The notes beneath the pieces are model-generated. The model was not told the DNA's origin. It was given only the letters and a program-made list of their open reading frames with translations, and made no database searches. Made by a program: the position numbers and the translations under genes. From positions 310,496,001 through 310,560,000 of the forward strand of contig OZ024743.1 of NCBI GenBank assembly GCA_964016885.1: a stretch of 64,000 nt of DNA. Reading direction: 5' to 3'. How positions within the stretch are numbered: position 1 is the first letter of the stretch; each line of letters opens with the position of its first letter. This DNA comes from Eledone cirrhosa. Lineage: Eukaryota. Below are positions 1 through 14,274 of the stretch, one piece after another.

Positions 1-40
1 TATGTGTGTGTATCTGCGTGAGCGTGCATGAGACACTGTC

Positions 41-58
41 AGATAGATAGAGTGAGAC

Positions 59-107
<49 letters not shown>
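41..107. repeat. (GATA)n microsatellite
   Basis: agatagatag... run seen directly. Confidence 0.95.
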
Positions 108-294
108 TGTCTATATTGGTGAACTTTTAGGTCTATGTGTTTATTTAAATCATATTTTTTGTGTATCTATTCATTAATGTAACCCCACCACCACCATCAC
201 GGACAAACAAAATACTTTTAAAATATTTACCTACATAGTGTGAGTGAAAAACATTTTTAAATTATGGATTTTGTTTGAAGAAAGGTTGTGTGTC

Positions 295-425
295 TATGTA
301 TGAATGTATATTTGCATGTATGTATGTACGTACGTGTGTATATATGCATGTATATATGTATGAATGTATATTTGCATGTATGTATGTACGTACGTGTGTA
401 TATATGCATGTATATATGTATGAAT
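295..425. repeat. 60-bp tandem duplication in TA/TG low-complexity DNA
   Basis: Lines 301-360 and 361-420 are identical. Confidence 0.9.
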
Positions 426-551
426 GTGTATATCAATGTATGTATGTAGTATGTTTTTGTATATGCATGTATGTACGTATGTATGATTGCATGTATGAAT
501 GTACATGCATATGTCTTTTGGTGCTTGAGGTGGGGCACATGTTTGTGTACG

Positions 552-593
<42 letters not shown>

Positions 594-1045
594 CTTGCGT
601 ATGACATTATGCCTACACAAGTACTATCTATTTTTATGGCATTATGCTGTTGCGTTTCGTGGAGAGCATGTGTTTACTTATGTATATTGTGTGTCCTTGT
701 ATATGTACAACTATGTATCTCCTTTTCATGACCGTAATATTCGTGCAGTGTACTGCATTCCATGTTTTATTGATAATTTCTCTCAGGAGAGACTTATTGT
801 TGTTTTAACTCCCATGTTTTCTCCTATAAGTTTTATCTTCTATATTTTCCACGTTCAAATTATAAAACTTACGATTAAGCTCTATTAAACATGACTGGTA
901 TGAAATATATCCATGCACCAAATAACCGGATAATGAAGAGGTATCAGGCTAAATTATACATTACCAGCATATCTTACTTTAATATCATGCTAGTCTTCGT
1001 CGCTTTCTTCTGGTTATTTTTGTAAACGTTTTACTTTGCCTATCA

Positions 1046-1146
1046 TAATTGTTTCTACTTTTGGCACGAGGCCAGCAAATACCCCAGCGCATTACTGGTA
1101 CTTTATTTTATCGACCCCGGAAGGATGAAAGGCAAAGTTAACCTCT
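1046..1146 (-). mobile_element. SINE family A fragment (tRNA-type)
   Basis: Reverse complement carries the body GTTAACTTTGCCTTTCATCCTTCCGGGGTCGATAAAATAAAGTACCAGT shared by many copies in the window. Confidence 0.8.
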
Positions 1147-1174
1147 AGTAATGCTATCAACATTTCCTCTGCAA

Positions 1175-1330
<156 letters not shown>

Positions 1331-2099
1331 AAAATGTGTGAGATCCTTGGTACAGTTAGGTATATTTGAAAAAAAGGAAAAGAATGACTTCACTTGTAGT
1401 GTTAAAAAGTTTTTGATTTAATTTTATAATATAATAATATTATGAGTTGGTAGATCCGCTAAGTTCTTTGTTAACTTTGGTGGGAAGAATTATAAAGATT
1501 CCTGGTTAACTTGGGTTGGAGAACTTTCTCGCATTCGTCTGTCTGTGGCGATTGTCAAACTCAGTTTTAACCGGTGGAGGTTCACTAACAACATTACATA
1601 CCCAATATCTGATCACCGTCCAAGGATTGATCTAGTATTTCTTCCTTCAAATGACTAACTCATTAGTAACGTAGTATTTTTTAAAATCTTCTTTGTAATC
1701 GAAATTTTTTTCACAAGTTCTGATGTAAATAGGGAAGTGATATCTCTCTCCTCAGTTTATCTCTATTTCTCTATTTCTCTTCTTCTCTTCGTCTCCTTTT
1801 ATTAGATCTCCATTATTTTATTTAATGGTCTCTAATTACACACACGACCGGCAACTCGGTGTGTGGAGTAAGAGAAAGCCAATTAAATCGACGTCACTAC
1901 GTGAAGGATGAAAAGCAAAATTAACCTCACCAGGATGTGAACTCAGAAGGACTTTGTCAGATGTTCTAAAGATTCTACTAATGCACTCTTTTATTGGTTT
2001 CGCTCATTAGACTGGGGTTATGCTGGGGTGTATCCATAGAAGATATAATCGATCATATTGCACAAAGTATTATTTCTTTCAAGTCTGGTACTTATATTA

Positions 2100-2302
2100 C
2101 TAATGCAAATAATCTGGAGAAGGATTGGCTCCGCCAGACTTAAAATGTCCTAGAACTCCATCAGGGGTAACGGGACCATGCATGCATATAATGTATATAT
2201 GTATAAATATACATTATGATGTATATGATATATATACATTGATGGAGTTCTAGGACATTTTAAGTCTGGCGGAGCCATCCTTCTCCAGTTTATTTGCATT
2301 AG
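2100..2302. repeat. ~63-bp inverted repeat around a TA-rich spacer
   Basis: taatgcaaataatctggagaagg...gaactccatca vs tgatggagttc...ttctccagtttatttgcatta. Confidence 0.85.
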
Positions 2303-2983
2303 TTTGTAACGATAAAGAAAAAGTTAAGAGGATAAAGTTGTAATTTCGTTCACCTATGCTAGATGACAAATGAGCTTGATATGATGAAGTTTGCAACTAT
2401 GGGTTATTAAATCTATGAGATTTCACTTGTCCTTACCTCAGGTGGTTACTAACATCAACAGGATAAACAGCTATAGATCTTTTAACTTTAATTTTATACC
2501 TAATTGTGTATGGATGACGGTATATTTAATCGATTCCCACGTGAGTTTGAAATGTTGGGTAACTATTCTATGGCGGTTGGGCGCGAAGTGATTGCTGTCG
2601 TTTAGTTATCTACTATTTTTTCATAGATGCCTTTTAATCTTATAGCCTGACTAATTGATTTTGTGTGTGGTTAATTGTGCTAATTGGGGGAGGAAATGGT
2701 GTATATATATTATCAAATGATCTATGGACATACTTTATAGAATATATATATAGCCAGTGTTAATGCCCGATGGCTAAAAACAACTTCCCCCTTTTAGCCC
2801 CTCTACCTCCTTCCCACCCCACCTCCACCCCTCCTCAACCTGAAATACGGCCACTTTAGTTATGTGAGTACCTCTTACCTATCTGCATTTTCTGCTTGTA
2901 GAGCTGTTTTTATGTGCCTGTGTATATGCATATATTTATGAGTACTTATTTGTGTATATATATATGTATGTGTGTGTGTATGT

Positions 2984-3116
<133 letters not shown>

Positions 3117-3345
3117 TATATATATATATTAGAAAATATATAGCTTTCACCGTATTTTTGACTAAAGGAATTTTAGCCTGATAATGGGGTTTAGAACCCT
3201 CAGATAAATGGAAAAAGATGAATTTTGACATATGTGTGTGTGTGTGTGGGGTGGTGTATATATATGTATATGTATGTATATGTGTGTATATGTATGTATG
3301 TATATATATATATGGGTGACTTTGGACATCCTGCAGGACTAAAAA

Positions 3346-3809
3346 CAAAACCTGTCAAAGGGCAAAGGAGCTCTTAAGAGTCAATGGCCATCCAAAATCA
3401 CCGGGAGAGATAACCCCTTAGCCTTTGTCAAGGCAGAATTCTAGGAGAAGGAAAACTCTGATATAACACCTGCAACCCTGATGGTATCCAATGATGTTGA
3501 CTTGTTCTTCTTTTTGGTAAATATCATCTTGGTTAAGAGAGTGGGACTGGTTTTGTGCAGTGCCTTTGCTCACTATTAAAGCTTCACGGCACAGGCATTG
3601 CTTTGTATCTGGAGATCTCTCTGCACTTGTCGTCACATGGTGCCGTGGGCCCAGCACTATGTGTCAATAATTGTCACAGGTGTAGTGTTTGTACCACAGA
3701 TTTCAAGTCGCTGGCTGGACTAAAAAGTCACACTTGTTTAGCGCATCGGTAGGGGTTCTCCTACATGGATATAAAGTAGTGACCGTACTCGAAAACGAGT
3801 TGGCAGCCA

Positions 3810-3812
<3 letters not shown>
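3346..3812 (+). mobile_element. Short non-autonomous RTE-derived element, copy 1
   Basis: Near-identical to 16395-16792; RTE-5'UTR-like ttagcc...ctaggagaaggaaaactctg; 3' part encodes [17 protein letters not shown] (RTE C-terminal C2H2-like); ends in (TA)n. Confidence 0.55.
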
Positions 3813-3890
<78 letters not shown>

Positions 3891-3934
3891 TGTATATATG
3901 TATATATATATGTGTATATGTGTATATATATATG

Positions 3935-3982
<48 letters not shown>

Positions 3983-3989
<7 letters not shown>

Positions 3990-4581
3990 GGAAAAAATGA
4001 AACGAAATTTCATTTCCCACTCTTAGTACGGCTGTTACTTAAATATAAGTATGAACACGTACATACATATATGTATACAGAAGTACAGTAGTATGTATAT
4101 ATATACATACATGCACACATATATATGTACGTATGGATTCACCGAACATTTATTATAATGCTCGGTGTGTTTGTAAACAAACATCCCGTATTAAGCTGCA
4201 GTGTCCAGCAACCATCATTGCTCGTTTGTTCAACACTGATAAAGGAACGCTGTACTAGTTTCAAGCTTATTAGCTATCGTCAGCAACGTATACCTTCCTG
4301 CCAGATTGTTGAACGTATATACTTACCTTATGCATATTAACGGCTGAGTAGCGCAATTTGCATATCGAGTGGGTTAATCGGCGGGTGCACCGAAAACGAT
4401 AAACGGAAAAAATGAAACGAAATTTCATTTCCCACTCTTAGTATGGCTGTTACTTAAATATAAATATGTACACGTACATACATATATGTATACAGACGTA
4501 CAGTAGTATGTATATATATATATACATACATTCACACATATATATATGTACGTATGGATTCACCGAACATTTATTATAATG
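3983..4581. repeat. ~175-bp direct repeat, period ~420 bp
   Basis: aaacggaaaaaatgaaacgaaatttc...caccgaacatttattataatg at ~3985-4160 and ~4400-4581. Confidence 0.85.
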
Positions 4582-4680
4582 TATATGTGTATTTCATGTG
4601 TGTATGTATGCGTATCATTTATATATGTGCGCGTATCTGTATGTATACATTTTATATATATATGTGTGTATGTGTGTGTG

Positions 4681-4750
<70 letters not shown>

Positions 4751-5661
4751 CTTACGTGTGTATATATTTTGTGTGTGTGTGTGTACCTATGTATATATAT
4801 ATTTTTTAAATCTTTTTTATGTATTTGATATATATGCATGTTCTGTGTATATATATATATTTTATAAATATGTATATATATATGTGTGTATACTTGTGCG
4901 TACATACATGCATGCATATGCATATATGCACACCTGTAGGGATTTGTGTGTGTAGATGTGTGAGTGTTTGAGGGGGTAGGTGTGAGTGTATGTACAAGTG
5001 AACCAGCATAAACCCTTCATTTCTAGATTTTCTAAACTAAGTATTGGTCTCTAACCATTATATTAAGTATTACCACCCCACTTTTTGTATGTGTGGAAGT
5101 GTGTGTGAGTGTAGTGCTAGCCAACCTACATAAGCCTTTTTATTTGTAAACCTTCTACTCCAACCATAATTTTCAGTAGCATCACTCCACATAAATTCCT
5201 CAATTTAAGAATGACCTGTAGTATCTATTTCATACTATTATCCTTATTTGAAAATATATCTGACCAAGAATACCTTTTGTAAAAATCAGTCATGTGGAAC
5301 TATTGTCATCTTTCCTGATGGTTTGAACCTTACAGAACCACCTGCCTCTTTGAGGTCAAATACCAACCTACTACCATCTACAAACTGACCAATGAGAATC
5401 AAGACTATTCCTGCTGACAACATCAAAACATTCCTAACAAGCTCATATGTCCCAAGGCTCTGATACCATCAACACTATACACACAGAGCTGGCATATCTA
5501 AGAACTGACTATAAAGGATTATGAGTTCATGCAATTGACTTATGTTTCGTCACTATATATATATGTGCGTATATATGTGTGTGTATATGTATGTATATGT
5601 TTGTGTGTATGTATATGCGTGTGTGTATGTGTATATATATATGTATATATATGTGTATATG

Positions 5662-5700
<39 letters not shown>

Positions 5701-5967
5701 ATATATATATATATGTGTGTGTGTGTGTCTATGTAAGTATATATATGTATATATGTATATATGTATATGTATGTATATATATGTGTGTGTATGTATGTGT
5801 GTGTATATATATATGTATATGTGTGTGTATGTGTATATATATATATATGTGTGTGTATGTGTGTGTGTATGTGTATATGTATGTGTGTATATATATATAT
5901 ATATATGTGTGTATATATATATATATATATGTGTGTATATATATATATGTGTGTATGTATGTGTATG

Positions 5968-6000
<33 letters not shown>

Positions 6001-6079
6001 ATATATATGTGTGTATATATATATATGTGTATATATATATATATATGTATGTATATATGTGTGTGTATATATATATATA

Positions 6080-6891
6080 CACTTTTCGTTGCTTCACCAT
6101 CTTTGTTTGTTTATACTCTCGCTGGTCCCTTTATTTACGTGTCTCAAAGACTTTCTTTAGTCGTTGCTCGCACCAACCGGAGGTATATCGTCTTTAAAGC
6201 GAAGTAATACTGATGATGGTTGGAAGATCACTGATGAAGGAGCACTTTATTCATATGTAACCCATTTGCAACTCCGCAGCACGTTTATTCTCATATTTAC
6301 ACATATTTTTTCCCCCGCGGTGACCCGTCTATTTCGTTCTTACTGCTTCCTCTTTCTCTGTATCTTTACCCTCTCTAACAGTCACTCTCTCTCTCTGTTA
6401 GCCTCTTCCTCACCCTTCACTCTCTCACTCTCTGTTACTACCTCTCCTCCTCCTCCTTCTTCCCGTTTGACCTGTGCGTAATTATTTTCTTTCGCACGCT
6501 TGGCCAGGCCGGTTCGTCATTTATCTCTCTCTCGTCTACGATTTCACAGAACTTATGTTTACCGAATTCACAGACTAGACCCCTTCTTCCTCCCGTTAGA
6601 CCTGGGCGAAATTCCTTCCTTGCTCACATTTCAACCAGGTTTGATGGTCTTTATTCTCTCTCGTTCACGATTTCACCGAACTTATATTCATGGAAATTTT
6701 GGACTTGACTCGTTCTTCCTCACTTTTCGTTGCTTCACCATCTTTGTTTGTTTACACTCTCGCTGTTCCCTTTATTTACGTGTCCCAACGACTTTCTTTA
6801 GCCGTTGCTCGCACCAACCGGTGGTATATGGTCTTTAAAGCGAAGAAAAAACCCATGATGGTTGGAAGATCATTGATGAAGGACCACTTTA

Positions 6892-6896
<5 letters not shown>
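6080..6896 (+). mobile_element. ORF-less element with ~175-bp terminal direct repeats between TA/TG microsatellites (probable PLE pseudo-LTR remnant)
   Basis: cacttttcgttgcttcacc...cactttattcata at 6080-6255 and 6721-6896; contains CTGATGA half-cores. Confidence 0.55.
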
Positions 6897-6937
<41 letters not shown>

Positions 6938-6965
6938 TATGTATATATGCATGTATATGTATGTA

Positions 6966-6996
<31 letters not shown>

Positions 6997-7296
6997 GTGT
7001 ATATGTATATATGTGTGTATATGTGTATATATATATGCGTATCTGTGTGTATGTATGCATGTATGTATATATGTGTATATATATGTATATGGGTGTGTAT
7101 ATAGGTATGTATATATATATATATATGTATGTATATGTATATATATATATATATGTGTGTGTGAGCATATGTGTTAAAGAATTAGCTTGTTATGAATTCC
7201 CTTTTCTATCAACCAATGACATCAACGCATCCCACTCCCTACCCTCTCCTACCACCTGAAGAGACCTATAAATACCATATTTATTTTTTGATACCC

Positions 7297-7347
7297 AGAT
7301 TCCTGATGATTTATAACGAATGAAACAGTTCTAGTCCTGTAGAATCT
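7297..7347 (+). ncRNA. Type I hammerhead ribozyme (family H1)
   Basis: agattc-CTGATGA-tttataacgaat-GAAA-cag[ttctagtc]ctg-TA-gaatct; 6-bp stem I, GUA site, weak stem II. Confidence 0.75.
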
Positions 7348-7359
7348 CTTCTATATTAA

Positions 7360-7417
<58 letters not shown>

Positions 7418-7422
<5 letters not shown>

Positions 7423-8222
7423 TTGTTGCTCTGAAATAGCTATATATATATGAATGTATATATAGTGTATTTTGCAATACACTGTATGCTTAATAAAAAG
7501 CATTTTGAAGACCTTATGCTATTGTTTTAGAGTAGTGACAGACTCACTTACTTTAATTTCAGCAGACAGGGGGAGATAAAGCTGACAAGACCTTGTTTCT
7601 GCATTTATTGATGCTTATCAAAGCCAACTACTCCTCCCGTTTGCTGAAAACCTGGATGTTTTGGTTCTTATAGAATTCTAGTAAATAATCAGGAACTGAT
7701 TATACAGAGCAGTTGCCGGTCAAGCAGAAATTAAAAATTAGAATTGTTGCTCTGAAATAGCTATATATATATGAATGTATATATAGTGTATTTTGCAATA
7801 CACTGTTTGCTGAAATTAAAGTGAGTGAGTCTGTCACTGCTCTAAAACAATAGCATAAGGTCTTCAAAATGCTTTTAATTAAACATACAGTGTATTACAA
7901 AATGCACTATATATACATTCATATATATATAGCTATTTCAGAGCAACAATTCTAATTTTTAATTTCTGCTTGACCGGCAACCGCTCTGTATAATCAGTTC
8001 CTGATTATTTACTAGAATTCTATAAGAACCAAAACATCCAATTGTTCAGCAAACGAGAGGAGTAGTTGGCTTTGATAAGCATCAATAAATGCAGAAACAA
8101 GGCCTTGTCAGCTTTATCTCCCCCTGTTTGCTGAAATTAAAGTAAGCGAGTCTGTCACTACTCTAAAACAATAACAATTTTTATTAAGCATACAGTGTAT
8201 TGCAAAATACACTATATATACA

Positions 8223-8226
<4 letters not shown>
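7418..8226. repeat. ~320-bp unit in tandem plus inverted arrangement, bounded by (TA)n (PLE pLTR-like)
   Basis: tagaattgttgctctgaaatagcta at 7418 and 7739; ~7805-8226 is the reverse complement of the left part. Confidence 0.8.
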
Positions 8227-8311
<85 letters not shown>

Positions 8312-8537
8312 TAATAAAAACAATGAATAAAAACAAAGAAACAGTTCCTTTTATTAAAAAATTCATTAAAAAATTGTTTTGGGGTTTTTATTCATTGTTT
8401 TTATTAATTTATCTTGACTCTGTTTTCCTGTGATTTTCATCGAAAACATTTTTGAATACATCTCATTTCATAATATTTGGATTACATTCAGTTCTTCATA
8501 CGGATTGGACACTACCGTATATTTTGGTAGATTTATC

Positions 8538-8572
<35 letters not shown>

Positions 8573-8640
8573 GAGTTTTATATATATATAAACGAGTTTT
8601 ATATAGCGACGAGTTTTCTTATTTTTATGTTTTATATATA

Positions 8641-9838
8641 TCATCATCATCATCATCACCGTTTTACGTCCGTTCTTCCACGCTAGCATGGGTTAGACGG
8701 GTTGTCCTGTTGTGGGCAGTGTCTGGTCGGCTGACCATGCCTTGCTCATGCAGGAACTGATTTAGCTTGATTTCTACAGCTGGATGCCCTTCCTAACACC
8801 AACCTCATTTACAGTGAGTGCTTGGTGCTTTTTCGTGGCACCTACACGTCCACTTTACAGTGTGGGCTGGGTGCTTTTTTGCGGTGGCACCTCCACGGCC
8901 ACCTTGCAGTGGGAGTGTGGGAGCATATTGTCTATATGTTTTAGCTTGTACCCATGGGAGGTCGGGTACTCTGTATTTCTGCGTGATGCCAGAGGTCACG
9001 GTCGTGTGTCATCGCCTTTGAGAGGTGAAATTGGGTAAGGTCGGCTTTTACCACCTCATCCCAGGTCATCTCGGGTCTCCCCACTCCGCGATTACCATCG
9101 ACTTCTAGTGCTCTGCACCATTTTATGCAGCTGTCATCCTTCATACGCATCACATGTCCATACCAACGCCACCGCCTCTCCTGCACACAGCATTTGATTC
9201 CTCTTATGCTCAGTCTCTCTCTCAATTCATTTATGCTTTGTCGTTCGCGTATATTACTATTACACATCCATCGGGGCATGCAGGCTTCGTTTCTCTCTAA
9301 TCTACGTATCTCTTCCATCTTCAGCGCCCAGGTCTCACTAACATGCAACATCGCTGTTCGGATACACGCACCATACAGTCTGCCTTTCATTTTGAGGGAG
9401 AAGCCTTTTGCAGCTAGCAGTGGTAGTAGTTTTGTGAACTTCTTCCATCCCGTTCTTACCCAAGTTATTGTACTTTCTGAACACCCACCTCCCCTGCTAA
9501 TTCGGTCACCTAGGTAGCAGAAGCTGTCTACTGTTTCTACAGAGCCCTCCCAGAGATTGGTGGTACCTGTTTCCTGTGGCTGTTTGCTGATTGCTGTCCC
9601 AGCACAGCTGCTGCATGTGAAGCCTACATTCTTAATTAAGCTTCCTGAGATCCCGCTACATCTCTTGTGTACCCATTGTTTGCATTTGGGGCAGAGAATG
9701 GAGTTTCTACCTATACCTTTCTTATATACTGAGCAAGGCTATTTCCCTGAGGGGATCTGGGTTCTGTTTTCTCGTCTACTTACAAGGACCTTAGTCTTTG
9801 TCATGTTGACTTTGAGACCCTTTCTTTCTAGTCCAGTT
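8641..9838 (-). mobile_element. RTE-clade LINE 3' part (end of RT, Cys/His-rich insert, C-terminus, 3'UTR, (TGA)n tail)
   Basis: GLKVNMTKTK, CPKCKQWVHKRC, ETWAL...RWRWYGHVMRM...GRPEMTW; tcatcatca tail at 8641. Confidence 0.9.
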
Positions 9839-10458
9839 GTTACAAGTAATTTGTTGTTGCTGAGAAAATTGAATAGAATACTTCTAGAGGAAGGAAAAAG
9901 TTGCCAATGTCGTTTTCGGCGAATCGAACACAGCTCCATGCCAGGACGCGGCCGGAAGTAAACAAACCTTATGAGTTATCGAAACACTAGTTGATTTGTA
10001 ATGTTAAAATGTGAGATTCCCAAATGTAGAAAATAACTGTAGCAACAGTCAATTGTTATAAGTAATAGTTTAGAAAATCGAGTAGAATACATAGGTAAAA
10101 TATTGATAAAGATTTGAAGTTGCATGGATAAACGAAGTGAATTATAAACCGTTGACTTGTACTTCTTGATAATAATTATACACCGGATTAAACAGACCCA
10201 CTTGTGTACTTCATCGAGTGCTTTACCCTACATACTAATGTTTCGGTGATAAACTAACATATACTCTAATTAATTATATATATAAAACTAATATATTTCT
10301 ACATTGTACTTTGTCGTTTGCCTTGTTATTTCTGTTTACACACACACACACACATATATATACATAAGAAACAAGGGGCTGTGTGGTTGCTTGTAGTGCA
10401 CCTGAGCACTGTACACACTAATTTCATTATTATTATTATTATTATTATTGATAAAGTG

Positions 10459-10680
10459 TAGGGCGGTGGATTGGCAGTATCGGTAGAGCGTCAGACAACA
10501 TGATTTGCAGCATAGAGTTACGGCCCTTTATGATCTGAGTGCAAATCCCGCCGTTGTTAACTTTGCCTTTCATCCTTACGGGGTCGATAAAATAAAGTAC
10601 CAGTCACGCACTGGGGTCTATTTAATCGACCCCCCGCCCCTAAATTTGCTGGTCTAGTGCCTATATAAGAAACCATTATT
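10459..10680 (+). mobile_element. SINE family A, near full length
   Basis: A-box-like ttggcagtatcgg, B-box-like gtgcaaatcc, shared body, ATT tail. Confidence 0.8.
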
Positions 10681-10764
10681 GATAAAGTGCATTTAGAAAT
10701 AAAAGGAAAGCACAAACAAGGGACAGTCCCTTCTTCAATTGTCTGCTGGAGGTCACCGACATTT

Positions 10765-11716
10765 CAACTGTGCTATAACTCTTTCTGTTACTCTCATGAC
10801 CTGCTCCATCAGCTTTATACCTCTATAGTCTCCTCTATCTAGTGCATCACCTTTACCTTTGTAGCAGTTGACAATGATGCTACTGCACCAATCTTTTGGT
10901 ATGACACCTTCTAGTATTACCTGGTTAACAATACGTGTGGTTATAGTGTGACCTACAGACCCAGATGCCTTCACCATCTCGGCAGCTATACCCGATGGAC
11001 CGGTTGACTTCCCCATCTTCATATCTTTGTTTGCCTTACTTACTATGCTGCTGCTGACTTGTACTGCTGGCTCCTCTATAGGGTCTCCTTGGGGTAGGGT
11101 CTCTTCTTCCCATGCATTCTCCTCATTTAGTAATCTATCATAATGACTCTTCCATGCATCTTTCTTCTCAGCACTTGTGAGGGCAAGCTCACCTTTATCA
11201 TTCCGGATACACTTCTCTCCAATGACATCACAATTCTCTCTGACACACTGCCTCGCAATCTTGAACACCTCCTGTTTCTGGTCCTCACGTTGCAAAACAT
11301 GCTTGAATTTTCTATCCTCTGCTTCCCTCCTAGCGAAGTATACTTGTCGCCTAGCTTCCCTCTTGGTCTCCATGTAATGTACCCAGATCCCCCCGTTCTT
11401 CCATTCTGTCTCTTGGCCTTAACTGCCTCATCTACCTTATTGTTCCACCACCAAGTCACTCTCCTCCTGCTTGTGGTCTTACTCCAGCCACAGACCTCAT
11501 CCATCTCCTCTAGTAAGTTACTTTTTAGGAACACCCAGTTCTCTTCTACATTGAATGTCTGTATCTGTTCTTCTTTACTGTCGTAGGCGTTGTGTAAAAT
11601 ATCTTTAAATCTGTTACTGGTTGAGGGGTCTTTCAGCTTCCAGATCTTTCTTCTCCAGGTTGGCCTCTGTTTCCAGGTTCGTCTAGTTCTGACTGTGAGG
11701 TCGCTGACAACTAAAC
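10765..11716 (-). mobile_element. RTE-clade LINE, upstream part of the same ORF (post-endonuclease to RT start)
   Basis: TWWWNNKV; KSTGPSGIAAEM; IPKDWCSSIIVNCYKGKGDALDRGDYRGIKL. Confidence 0.9.
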
Positions 11717-11737
11717 TATGTATATATATATATATAT

Positions 11738-12070
11738 ATAAAACATATAAAAATAAGAAAACTCGTCGTTAGAACAGCCTTTCAAAAAGCTAAATACTAT
11801 CAAAGACAGCGATGGGAAAATGACTCAGAGAACAGAGTCCAGCGGACCGTGGTCAACAGAGAGACAATCCATAAGTTGGGTGACATTGTCCTCATCTTTC
11901 AATCTTTCCTATATTTCATCTGCTTGGCACCCATCTGGTAGATTGTCTCTCTGTTGACCACGGACCGCTGGTCTCTGTCCTGCATTTTCCCATCCTTGTC
12001 TTTGACATCATTTAGCTGTTTTAACGGTTGTTCTGGTGATGAACTTTCACATTTTTATATGTATTATATA
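11738..12070. repeat. Imperfect fold-back element between (TA)n tracts
   Basis: ccagcggaccgtggtcaacagagagacaatc vs gattgtctctctgttgaccacggaccgctgg; left end also matches 8601-8640 in inverted orientation. Confidence 0.75.
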
Positions 12071-12164
12071 TTCAAATACACACTCGCTTCATCTCAACCA
12101 AAGACAACATTACTTTTTCATATATATATATATTACTTTTCTTAAATATATATATATATTTAGG

Positions 12165-12415
12165 AAAATTGACACAGGAGACTGAGGTTAGCTGGACATG
12201 TTCACCGACATCCAGAGTTGACATTGCACTCAGTGCTCCTGTGGGAACCCCTACATGGACACACTGGAAGAGGAAGACCGAGGTTAACGTATGTTGCTGC
12301 CCTAAGGACAGACACTGGTCTGTTGGAGACACAGGTCAATGCAGCGATAATGAGGGACAGAGACCGGTGGAGAGAACTTGTCCATGGATCTCGGGGATTT
12401 TACCCACCCTAGAAT
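12165..12415 (+). mobile_element. RTE-like LINE 3' fragment
   Basis: RLRLAGHVHRHPE...VLLWEP.HG...GRPRLTY...RDRDRWR. Confidence 0.8.
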
Positions 12416-12416
12416 A

Positions 12417-12484
<68 letters not shown>

Positions 12485-12503
12485 AATTAAAATAACAGAT
12501 TAA

Positions 12504-12554
12504 AGTTTAAGCAAAGAATCGCTGCTTTCACCATTAACGGGATCTTCTGAAACT
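12504..12554 (-). ncRNA. Hammerhead-like motif, CAGAAGA core (family H2)
   Basis: Reverse-complement copy of 14224-14274 with one stem II substitution. Confidence 0.6.
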
Positions 12555-13526
12555 AAAAGAATCAATCTGGGAACGCAGAAGTAAACATTTCGAAAGGCGT
12601 TGCAACCAAGGGAAGACAGGAAGACGATACTTTGGTTCGTGGAAAAAAAACGATGAAAACAATTACACGCAAAGACAAAACCACGTACATGTTATAAATG
12701 AAGTCGAAGTCGAATATTCTATTAGGTGGTTCGTGGAGACGTTCCCTGGCAATGAACGAAAAAAAATGAAGATAATACGTCATTATGTGGTGCGTAGAGA
12801 ACAATTACATGCAAATACAAAACCACGTTTATGGTATAACTGAAGTCGTAGACTAAAATTATATTTAGGAAACCGAATGATTCTCGGCTTCAGAGTTAAG
12901 AATAATGTAAATAAATTACAGAGGTTATTGAAATCAGCAAAAATTATATATACAGATGCACGCATCCATATACGTACAGACACATGCATACGTGGAAACA
13001 TCCGCCATGGGTATGCAAATACAGGCACGTACACAACACCACGCTCACACATACAAAAACCCACGCAAAGCCTGTACCCACACACATACAAAGGTATACA
13101 CGAAATACACATAAAACATATATATATGAAAAAAATTTACGTCTTGATATGGTAGCTAAGTATATTTTATGTTTATACCATTACTTATTTGTATAGGTGA
13201 GTATATATTACCTGTATGTTTTGTGAAGGTACGTAAACTTTCTCGTACGTATATTTGCTTGTAGTTGTTATAGGCGTATATATTATATTATATATACTGG
13301 TATATGTGTATGTGGTTATGTGTATACGTGAGTTTTGCGTTTGAGTGTGTATGTGGGTTTGCACGTATGTAGGGTGTGTGTATATGTGGTTTGGTTGACG
13401 TACGTTTAGCGAAGATATGTGTATTTATATGTGGGTGTGTGTGCGCGCGTTATATACGTATTTATGTGTGTATATTTATATACGTTTATATAATTATATG
13501 TATACGTGCACACACACAAACACATG

Positions 13527-13623
<97 letters not shown>

Positions 13624-14223
13624 GTTTTATGTGTATTTGGTGTATACGTTCGTATGTGTGCGGGTACAGGCGTTGCGTGGGTTTTTGTATGTGTGCGCGT
13701 GGTTTTATGTACATGCCTGTATTTGGCGGGTGTTTCCGCGTATGCATGTGTATGTATATGGATGCGTGCATCTATATATTTAATTATTGTTGATTTCAAT
13801 AACCTCTGTAATTTATTTACATTATTCTTAACTTTGAAGCCGAGAATCATTCGGTTTCCTAAATAGAATTTTAGTCTACGACTTCAGTTATACCATAAAC
13901 GTGGTTTTGTGTTTGCGTGTAGTTGTTCCCAACGCTCCACATAATGACATATTATCTTCGTTTTTTCCGTTCATTGCCAGGGAACGTCTCCACAAACAAC
14001 CTAATAGAATATTAGTCTACGACTTCATTTATACCATGAACGTGGTTTTGTCTCTGCGTGTAATTGTTTTCACCGCTCCAAATAATGACGTATTATCTTC
14101 GTTTTTTTTTTTCGTTCTTTGCCTGGGAAACGTTTCCACGAACCAAAGTATCGTCTTCCTGTCTTCGTTCGGTTGCATCGGTTTTCGAAACATTTACTTC
14201 TACGTTCACAGATTGATTTTTTT

Positions 14224-14274
14224 AGTTTCAGAAGATCCCGTTAAGGGTGAAAGCAGCGATTCTTTGCTTAAACT
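14224..14274 (+). ncRNA. Type I hammerhead-like motif, CAGAAGA core (family H2)
   Basis: agttt-CAGAAGA-tccc[gttaa]gggt-GAAA-gca[gcgattctt]tgc-TT-aaact. Confidence 0.7.

Noticed and set aside
10459-10560. A/B boxes suggesting tRNA genes
   Set aside because: No cloverleaf; they continue into a multi-copy SINE body
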